The notes under the pieces: model-generated
Told to the model about the DNA's origin: nothing
Databases searched by the model: none
Seen by the model: only the letters and a program-made list of their open reading frames with translations
Position numbers and translations under genes: made by a program
Part shown: positions 1-6,970 of the stretch, in pieces
Layout of the letters: every line of letters begins with the position of its first letter
Numbering within the stretch: the first letter of the stretch is position 1
NCBI RefSeq assembly: GCF_006345805.1
Contig: NW_021829087.1
Location: forward strand, 1-6,970
Source of the DNA: Octopus sinensis
Lineage: Eukaryota
DNA length: 6,970 bases
Direction of reading: 5' to 3'

Positions 1-225
1 AAACAGAACCATAACTAATCTGCACATCCTCTGATAACTCAGATAGGGATTCGAGGATTTCCCTCATAGAAGCACGCATATCTGCAGTGTTTTTATCAGT
101 TCTTCTGGGTGTGTGTCTCCCAGAATGTTCGTCAATATCGACATTTTTCGGCCATTTTGGAAGCGTCTAAACCACTCGTACACTTGTGTGCGGCCCATAC
201 ACTCCACTCTATACACTTTCTGCGC
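1..225 (-). pseudogene. Mariner transposase N-terminal HTH remnant, frameshifted
   Basis: One frame gives QKVYRVECMGRTQVYEWFRRFQNGR. After a frameshift at the T5 run (145-149 on +), another frame gives NVDIDEHSGRHTPRRTDKNTADMRASMREILESLSELSEDVQISYGSV. This matches the mariner motifs YxWFxRF, DDxRSGRP and ISYGSV. Confidence 0.85.
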
Positions 226-435
226 GCCTCTGAACAGGTATCGCCATGACAATACGACGATCACACGCTACACACCGTCCTTCCAAGCATTGCCGTAAAC
301 AGCGGAAGTTAAAACGTTGAAACGTTAAAACTTAGTGCGCATCTTTTAGGGTCAATCCTTACGAAGCGGCTTCACCTTGCGTGCTTTAGCATCGTTACTA
401 TGACAACAGTTCTGATACTTATTGATCTGAACTCG
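1..435 (-). mobile_element. Decayed mariner (Tc1/mariner) transposon, 5' end; continues past the left window edge
   Basis: The minus strand from 437 reads TA|CGAGTTCAGATCAATAAGTATCAGAACT, resembling Hsmar2/irritans-type TIRs (CGAG...TCAAwAAGT), with TA at 436-437. A transposase N-terminal remnant lies downstream on the same strand. Confidence 0.8.
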
Positions 436-840
436 TATATATTTATATGTACATATATTAATTTTCTTTTTGCTATCTGTGCTTCTCTTTCCTTTGTTTC
501 TTGTATGTTTTTTTTAATTTTTGTTTGTTTTTGTTTTGTTTTATGTTTTTATTGAAATAGCTGACGTGGCCCCAATAGAGTTTCGATAGTACAATTCTAG
601 TTTGTGTAGAAAAACGCATTCAGTACAAATTTACTTGACTCTTCCAACAAAATTTGAGAAAATGCCTTTGGAGACCTCAAGAGCTTTTGCCGGAATAATT
701 TACAGTATTCCATTCGGAATACAAGTTCCGCCATCCTACAAAACCGTTATTCTCTCGTCTTTCTTGTTTCTTTTAATTGTTATTGCTAATCATGTTGCTG
801 CTACAGTGTTGTAGTTTCTACAGTTTTCACTGTCATTTCT

Positions 841-912
841 GTTGCTGCTGTTGTTGTTGCTTCTTTTGTTGTTGTTATTGTTGTTGATGTTGTTGTCTTC
901 TTCTTCTTCTTC
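841..912. repeat. (TGT/TGC)n then (TCT)n microsatellite
   Basis: Seen directly: gttgctgctgttgttgttg...ttcttcttcttcttc. Confidence 0.95.
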
Positions 913-1180
913 ATTAACCACAAAGAATAATCGCTAATTCGATCCTACTCTAAGCCACTAAGAATGCGTGTGGCAACTTGAAGATCCACCCACCACACGC
1001 AATAGACTGGCGGTTGCACAGGTGCGAAAGTTACGTTGTTATCCTCATTCCGTAAACGGTGGCTTTTAACGGGTGGAGAGCTGAACTATCCTGGGGTACA
1101 GAGGATTCGCTATCTAGACTAGGGTCTGAAAGTTTACCACACCATATTGGGTTACACCATGGTTCCTCTGCTTTGTGGCA

Positions 1181-1373
1181 GAAGTAGGAAGAAAGAGTGA
1201 GAGAAAGTTGTGGTGAAAGAGTACAGCGGGGTTCACCACCACCCCACGCCGGAGCTCGCCAAGCTTAGGTGGTTTTGTTCAATAAACAATCACAATGCCC
1301 GGTCTGGGAATCGAAACCGCGTTTTTACGACCGCGAGTTCGCTGCCCTAACCACTGGGCCATTGCGCCTCCAC
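1181..1373 (-). mobile_element. tRNA-derived SINE, head X plus middle region (same family as 4567-4957)
   Basis: Aligns with about 4761-4955. A box TGGCCCAGTGG at 1351-1361 and B box GGTTTCGATTCC at 1307-1318. Homology to the full copy stops at about 1181. Confidence 0.9.
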
Positions 1374-1498
1374 TTATTGTTGTTGTTGCTGTGTCGTTGA
1401 CACCGCTTCTGTTGTTACAGTCATTATTGCTGCTGCTGCTGCTGCTGCTGTTGCTTTTACTGTCGTTGTTATTGCTGCTGTTATTGTTGCTGCTGCTG
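1374..1498. repeat. Imperfect (TGT/TGC)n microsatellite
   Basis: Seen directly; it accounts for the poly-Leu and poly-Ser/Asn ORFs at 1279-1579. Confidence 0.95.
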
Positions 1499-1866
1499 TA
1501 TATCATAATGCAAATTATTCAGATCGATTGCATTAATTTGTTTTCGGAATTTCTTAATAGTACCATTTTCTCACATTGATTAACATAATATTCATCAGGG
1601 TGTGTTTGTGAGTGGCGGGGAGGGATATGTGTATAGCCGTCCATTTCTGAAGTACGTGCATGTTCATATACTTGAACATGCATACATGCATATGTGTGTG
1701 TGTGTATATATATATATATACATATTTGAGAGCGTGTTGCATGTGTGTATACAGCAATACGTATAAGTGCCCGGGCATTTAATAACGAATCAAATGAAAA
1801 TATCAATCTGGTTTTGTAGCCATATACAATTAATAAATACATCAGTGCTTTCAATAGACCATTGCT

Positions 1867-2214
1867 GTATATATATATATTATATGTATGTATGTAATAT
1901 ACATATATATATATATATATATAATATATTATATATAAATATTATATATATATATATACATATATATTACATATATGTACGTATGTGTTTTATATATATA
2001 TGTATGTTTATGTATGTATATGTACATGTAATATATATGTGTGTGTGTGTGTGTGTTTTATATGAATGTATGTAGTGCATAGGTATGTATGCATGCATGT
2101 ATAAGTTTCTAATTGATAAATATCAATTCTATACCCTAAATTAATTTTATATATAATATATATAAAGAGGAGACATACACACGTTATATACATATATCTA
2201 TGTTCATATTTGTA

Positions 2215-2251
<37 letters not shown>

Positions 2252-2320
2252 TTGGATAAATATATGCATGTATACGCGTATGTGTGTTAGTTGCGTGTGT
2301 GTGTGTGTGTGTGTGTGTGT
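1867..2320. repeat. Compound (TA)n/(TG)n microsatellite tract with short interruptions
   Basis: Seen directly. Confidence 0.9.
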
Positions 2321-2608
2321 GGTGTAATCCTTTTCTTATTTAAAATGCAGCAGCTGCGCAAATAAATTCTTGAACGCTTGCACGAAATTCATGTATGCCG
2401 ATACATTAAATTAAATGCATTTAAAATAATTTAATCACGTGGTTTGCTTGTGATCTCAAATTTTAAAATAAAAATTTTAAAATATATACTAATTAATCAA
2501 CTGCTTCATTCCATGCGGAGAGGCAAGTAACAACGGAATATCGTGTAACATAGTTTATTCTTATGCGAACTGGCTTCCATGCGAGAAAGAGATCTTGTAT
2601 ATATTTCT

Positions 2609-3087
2609 TATTTCTTTACTGCTCACAAGGGGCTACACTCAAAGGGGACAAACAAGGACAGACAAACGGATTAAGTCGATTATATCGACCCCAGTGCGTA
2701 ACTGGTACTTATTTCATCGGCGAGCTGGCAGAAACGTTAGCACGCCGGGCGAAATGCTTAGCGGTATTTCGTCTGCCACTACGTTCTGAGTTCAAATTCC
2801 GCCGAGGTCGACTCTGCCTTTCATCCTTCCGGAGTCGATAAATTAAGTACCAGTTACGCACTGGGGTCGATGTAATCGACGTAATCCGTTTGTCTGTCCT
2901 TGTTTGTCCTCTCTGTGTTTAGCCCCTTGTGGGTAGTAAAGAAATAGGTACTTATTTCATCGACCTCGAAAGGATGAAAAGCAAAGTCGACCTCGGCGGA
3001 AATTGAACTCAGAACGTAACGGCAGACGAAACACCGCGAAGCATTCTGCCCCGCTTGCTAACGTTTATGCCAGCACACCACATTAAT
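2609..3087 (-). mobile_element. tRNA-derived SINE (family Z, long tail), outer copy, split by a nested insertion
   Basis: The 5' half lies at 2947-3087 and the 3' half at 2609-2719, both on the minus strand. It is flanked by a 17-bp direct repeat ATCTTGTATATATTTCT at 2592-2608 and 3088-3104. Confidence 0.92.
2720..2946 (+). mobile_element. tRNA-derived SINE (family Z, long tail), full-length inner copy
   Basis: A-box-like TGGCAGAAACG at 2726-2736, B box GAGTTCAAATTCC at 2788-2800, 3' end AGTAAAGAAATA. 16-bp TSD GGTACTTATTTCATCG at 2704-2719 and 2947-2962. Confidence 0.95.
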
Positions 3088-3105
3088 ATCTTGTATATAT
3101 TTCTG

Positions 3106-3415
3106 CGTAAAGGTGCGTGGCTTAGGGGTTAAGGCTTTCGGCTCAATTCCCAGCGACGCTTTATGTTCTTGAGCAAGACACTTTATTTCACATTGCTCCA
3201 ATCCACTCAGCTGGCAAACATTAGTAGGACCTGTAATTCAAAGCGCCAGCCTTTTCACACTCTGTGTCACGCTGAATCTCCCTGAGAACTACGTTAAGGG
3301 TACACGTGTCTGTGGAGTGCTCAGCCACCTGCACATTAATTTCACGAGCAAGCTGTTCCGTTGATCGGATCAACTGAAATCCTCGTCGTCGTAACCTACG
3401 GAGCACCAAGCGATA
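3106..3415 (+). mobile_element. tRNA-derived SINE, head Y plus CORE-like segment plus tail A
   Basis: Degenerate A box TGGCTTAGGGG at 3118-3128. TGTTCTTGAGCAAGACACTTTA (3164-3185) resembles the CORE-SINE domain. 3229-3403 matches the reverse complement of 4580-4754 at 155/175 by hand count. 12-bp TSD TATATATTTCTG at 3094-3105 and 3416-3427. Confidence 0.88.
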
Positions 3416-3719
3416 TATATATTTCTGTAATGGAATTACCATCTCCTTTCCGCTCACTGGTGCGATGAACATGAATGAGCTGTACCTTACAGATCCCATT
3501 CAAACCATAGAAATAATATATATATTTTACTGTTTCGATGGGGTAAGATCAACTAAAAATGTACTTCATCAGGTTAGGGATAAATATCATTTAATGTATA
3601 CAGTATCTCAACCTGAAAGTTGCTGGGAGACACAAAGCGTATTATAAATGCATGCCTAAATCCGTGTCTCCAAAGCAAGCAACTATCAGTAGCTCGTGGC
3701 ATACTGTCTATATAAAATC

Positions 3720-3860
3720 ACACACACATCATACACACACACTACACACATACGCACCACATATACATCACACACACACACAACACACGCGTACACTACA
3801 CATATGTATACATATATATACACACATACATATATAGACATACATTAATATATAGATATG
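3720..3860. repeat. (CA)n/(TA)n microsatellite
   Basis: Seen directly. Confidence 0.9.
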
Positions 3861-3904
3861 TTTGTATTTATCTTTTAAAACAAAAAAAACGAAGAGAGGT
3901 GTAG

Positions 3905-4165
3905 GAACAACAAGCAGGTGTATTAGTTTAACGCTCGGGTGGAATGGAAAAGTCTTTTGCGTTTCGAGTCTACGTTCTTCGAAACTGGCTAACGATCTAT
4001 CATGGTGACTCAGTGAACAGGTCGCGGTCTCAAAGCGACGAAAATATTTTACAAATTAAATTTAAATGTTGAAGTGAATCTAACGGTTTTTGTGTGTTTC
4101 TTAAATGGCTTACAAACACCGTCCACGCTGATCAAGTCACTCGCTATACAAGTACATCTCCGTAA
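3905..4165. mobile_element. Possible degenerate Penelope-like repeat fragment
   Basis: The minus strand has GAAGAACGTAGACTCGAAACG, shaped like the stem II-GAAAC part of Penelope-associated hammerheads. Boundaries are approximate and the assignment rests on recall. Confidence 0.35.
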
Positions 4166-4325
4166 TATATATGTATGTATGTATATGTATGTATATTATA
4201 TATATATGCATGTATATATATATATGTATATATATATATGTGGTTTATATATATATAATATATTTATATATATATAAGATGTATATGATATAAATATATA
4301 ATATGTGTGTGTGTATATATATATA
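4165..4325. repeat. (TA)n/(TATG)n-rich microsatellite
   Basis: Seen directly. Confidence 0.9.
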
Positions 4326-4547
4326 GAGGGGCGGGGTACTGGAAATTTCCTGACTTTAAGGGTATCACGAAAGGCCTGCTTGTAGGCCCAACCTTCCGAG
4401 TTTTTTTTTACAGGGCTTAGAAAAACCGAAGGAACTTTGCAATAAGTGTATGGATCTGAGAAGGGAATATGTTAGATAAAATCATAATTAATTGATCCTC
4501 CAGTATTTTCTTTTACCCAAAGCCAGGAACTTTTCAGCACAGCCCCA
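4326..4547 (+). mobile_element. Mariner-derived MITE (about 220 bp)
   Basis: TIR cores at 4336-4357 and 4519-4540 are reverse complements at 18/22. TA flanks both sides (4324-4325, 4548-4549). 4399-4479 translates as SFFLQGLEKPKELCNKCMDLRREYVR*, like the mariner C-terminus (FF..G..KL..RW.KC....GEYVE). Confidence 0.88.
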
Positions 4548-4566
4548 TACATAATATGTATCAGTA

Positions 4567-4957
4567 TAATATAGGAGCACTCCATCGGTTGCGACGATGA
4601 GGGTCCCAGCTGATACGATCAACGGAACAGCTTGCTCGTGATATTAACGTGCAAGTGGCTGAGCATTCCACAGACACATGTACCCTTAACGTAGTTCTCG
4701 AGGAGATTCAGCGTGACACAGAGTGTGACAAGGCCGGCCCTTTGAAATACAGGTACAAGAGAAACAGGAAGAAAGAGCGAGAGAAAGTTGTGGTGAAAGA
4801 GTACAGCAGGGTTCGCCACCATTCCCTGCCAGAGCCTCGTGGAGCTTTAGGTGTTTTCGCTCAATAAACACTCACAGTGCCCGGTCTGGGAATCGAAACC
4901 GCGATCCTCCGACCGCGACTCCGCTGCCCTAACCACTGGGCCATTGCGCCTCCACAC
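4567..4957 (-). mobile_element. Full-length tRNA-derived SINE, head X plus tail A (about 390 bp), probably an octopus tRNA-Arg-related family
   Basis: A box at 4933-4943, B box at 4889-4900, and 12-bp TSD TATGTATCAGTA at 4555-4566 and 4958-4969. The family name comes from recall only. Confidence 0.93.
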
Positions 4958-5186
4958 TATGTATCAGTAATTCAAGTGTAAAAGAACCCACAGCTGCACT
5001 AGCTACGTGACCATTACCGTAAGCGGTTATAAAAGATTTAGCAACGGAACGATAGATGCTAGTACTGTAAACCAACATACGTAGCTGTCCCATCTTTGGT
5101 GTTGATTTCTATTTTCGTTTCTCTGTCATTTTCGCGAGCATGTGATCTTCAAAACCACTCTACTAACGATAATTGCATGTGTTCGT

Positions 5187-5270
5187 GTACATACATACTA
5201 CATACATACATACATACATACATACATACATACATGCATACATACATATATATGTATACATATATATATA
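5187..5270. repeat. (TACA)n then (TA)n microsatellite
   Basis: Seen directly. Confidence 0.95.
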
Positions 5271-5349
5271 ATTGAAAAATAGGATAAAATCTTATATAAG
5301 AATTTATCAAGTAGTTTGCGTGAAAAACCTCATACGGGAAAAATCTATC

Positions 5350-5352
<3 letters not shown>

Positions 5353-5401
<49 letters not shown>

Positions 5402-5427
5402 CCCTATATGCATATCCATATCAATTA

Positions 5428-5498
<71 letters not shown>

Positions 5499-5680
5499 AT
5501 ATATATATATGCAATATGTATTTAGTGTGTGTACGTGTGTTTGTATTTATGCATGAAATATAATATAATATATTATATATATATATGAATGTATGTATCA
5601 TAGTGTTGTGTGTGTGTGTGTGGTGTGTGTGTGTGTGTGTGTGGGTGTGTATGTGTGTGTGTGTGTGTGCGTGTACATGT
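5353..5680. repeat. Compound (TA)n and (TG)n microsatellite
   Basis: Seen directly; source of the I/Y- and C/V-rich ORFs. Confidence 0.95.
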
Positions 5681-6280
5681 GTCCTCCATGTCCAATTGTC
5701 ACTTTATGCAAATACGTACTTCGCTCGACTCATTATTGTCTCAAATAACCGTCATTCCAGAATGAAGAGGAAAACCAAACAAGATGCCAAGGAATCATCA
5801 TTCATATTCACATCTCAAGAAAAACCTTTATCTCCGTGTCACAGGTTTATATTTTCCTGCTTTTCCTCCCTCCTCCACGCCCCTCCCCCCTACCCCCTCT
5901 TTCTTTCTCTTTATTCCTAAACTGTTCGGAGAATTCACGATAGAATTTGTAGCTTTGAGTTTCGCTACTTGTCACTTCAAATGCTTCCTCACGTCTTTTT
6001 TATTTCTTGTGATCTCTAAAACTCTTGATAATGGCCTTCTGCAACCAACGCCTTCTCCTCATTTTATCTTCGTTAAAACAAGCGCGGAAACAACTTGCCT
6101 GACACACGATTGCATGTAATCCAATGCAAAAACCAGAAAACAACAAAAAAACAAAATGGAAGAAGAATCATAATACAAACATATCAGGTTTTCATATATT
6201 TATTTTTTAATATGAAGAATCTCTTAACACTTGGAAGTAGCGAAGTAATTGCTCTTCAATATATTCTTCATATTATTATT

Positions 6281-6445
6281 GTATTTCCTCCGTCTCCACG
6301 TTCTGCGTTCAAATCCCGCCGAGGTCGGCTTTGCCTTTCGTCCTTTCGGGGTCGATAAATTAAGTACCAGTGAAACACTGGGGTCGATATGATCAACTTG
6401 CCCCCTCCCCCCAAATTTTAGTCCTTGTAGAAAGAATTAGTATTG
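6281..6445 (+). mobile_element. 5'-truncated family Z SINE, short-tail variant
   Basis: Begins at GTATTTC and keeps the B box (GCGTTCAAATCCC) and the central GGTCGATAAATTAAGTACCAG. Its tail is CCCCCTCCCCCCAAATTTTAGTCCTTGTAGAAAG. Confidence 0.88.
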
Positions 6446-6484
6446 TTACTGCAGGTGTTATCGCTGTAATTGTTGTTATTGTTG

Positions 6485-6568
6485 TGGGTCGATGTAATCG
6501 ACTTAATCCCTTTGTCTGACCTTGTTTGTCCTCTCTGTGTTTAACCCCTTGTGGGTAGTAAAGAAATA
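6485..6568 (+). mobile_element. 3' fragment of a family Z long-tail SINE
   Basis: Matches about 2862-2946 and ends in AGTAAAGAAATA. Confidence 0.9.
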
Positions 6569-6745
6569 GGTATTTCGCCTGTCTCTACGTTCTGAGCTCA
6601 CATTCCACCGACGGCGACTTTGCCTTTCAACATTTCAGAGTCGATAAATTAAATACCAGTAAAACACTGAAGTCGATGTAATCGACTAGTCCCCTCCCCC
6701 AGATTTCAGGCCTTGTGCCTAATGGTAGAAAGGGTTATTATTATT
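6569..6745 (+). mobile_element. 5'-truncated family Z SINE, short-tail variant with (ATT)n tail
   Basis: Begins at GGTATTTCG and is homologous to 6281-6445. It ends GCCTTGTGCCTAATGGTAGAAAGGG followed by (TTA)n. Confidence 0.88.
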
Positions 6746-6795
6746 ATTATTATTTTTTATTGTTATTATTATTATTATCATTATTATTGTTATTG
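6735..6795. repeat. (TTA)n microsatellite shared by a SINE tail and a LINE 3' end
   Basis: Seen directly. Confidence 0.95.
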
Positions 6796-6970
6796 CCTTT
6801 GCATAGCTTCTAACGCTGGAGATGTACTACGGTGTCAGCTGTTCACTACCAGTGAACTAAGGTAACACCTCTTATTTTTCAAGCAACTTCCGGAGTATTC
6901 GAGCGCTTCCAAGCAGTGCTGTTTTCTATAAGTGCTCCACCCTTATTATAGCCCCTATTTGTTCCATACT
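6796..6970 (-). mobile_element. 3' end of an R4/Dong-like non-LTR retrotransposon (restriction-like endonuclease type); continues past the right edge
   Basis: Minus strand 6970-6872 translates as SMEQIGAIIRVEHL*KTALLGSARILRKLLEK*, resembling the LQKxALLGTAxILRKVL C-terminal motif I associate with R4/Dong ORFs. It has an internal TAG at 6926-6928. A short 3' UTR follows, then (TAA)n. Confidence 0.78.

Noticed and set aside
602-814. 70-aa plus-strand ORF
   Set aside because: No recognisable motif, and its hydrophobic end runs into low-complexity sequence.
1279-1579. ORFs with poly-Leu or poly-Ser/Asn resembling a signal or transmembrane peptide
   Set aside because: They are a SINE head plus a trinucleotide microsatellite read in frame.
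1569-1647. Possible minus-strand exon (EMDGYTHIPPRHSQTHPDEYYVNQCEKM)
   Set aside because: Weak donor (GTACTA), no clear polypyrimidine tract and no recognisable protein.
1767-2193. I/Y/C/V-rich ORFs here and at 3652-3837, 4074-4277 and 5272-5680
   Set aside because: They are translations of (TA)n, (TG)n and (CA)n repeats.
2509-2583. TTCCATGCG repeated twice
   Set aside because: Only 9 bp with no associated structure; compatible with chance.
2563-2841. ORFs 2563-2841 and 2595-2789, and the similar ending of 6095-6358
   Set aside because: They lie wholly or partly in family Z SINEs; the shared peptide ending reflects the repeat.
2592-3427. CRISPR-like array of direct repeats
   Set aside because: The short repeats are TSDs with irregular spacing in eukaryotic DNA, and there are no cas genes.
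3442-3485. Possible minus-strand micro-exon ending at ATG|GTAATT
   Set aside because: The donor is plausible, but the acceptor context is poor and nothing else supports it.
3221-4871. Mutually similar ORFs at 3221-3499, 4619-4822, 4649-4867 and 4686-4871
   Set aside because: The similarity comes from the shared SINE tail, not from a gene family.
4880-4957. Functional tRNA gene (also 1300-1373 and 2720-2810)
   Set aside because: A and B boxes are present, but I see no paired acceptor stem or T terminator, and each continues into a SINE body.
5270-5352. Complex island between microsatellites, possibly a repeat fragment
   Set aside because: No termini, TSD or coding signal, so it cannot be classified without a search.

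Overview
Eukaryotic, AT-rich, microsatellite-dense DNA, most likely intronic or intergenic. It is not prokaryotic and has no CRISPR array or intact gene. The tRNA-derived SINEs resemble octopus (coleoid cephalopod) repeat families; this organism call rests on my recall of those families, not on a search. Nearly all ORFs in the track are artefacts of simple repeats or SINEs. The window holds a decayed mariner 5' end (1-435), a mariner MITE (4326-4547), at least eight SINE copies or fragments with three heads and several tails, the 3' end of an R4/Dong-like LINE (6796-6970) and a possible Penelope-like relic. I found no convincing new biological system. The best signals concern insertion mechanics. 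A SINE is inserted antisense into a copy of itself with a 16-bp TSD, giving two competing long hairpins. One AT-rich target site was used twice in succession. SINE junctions recur at GGTAYTT. SINE heads and tails are swapped between copies. A Dong-like LINE ends in the (TTA)n tail of a SINE.
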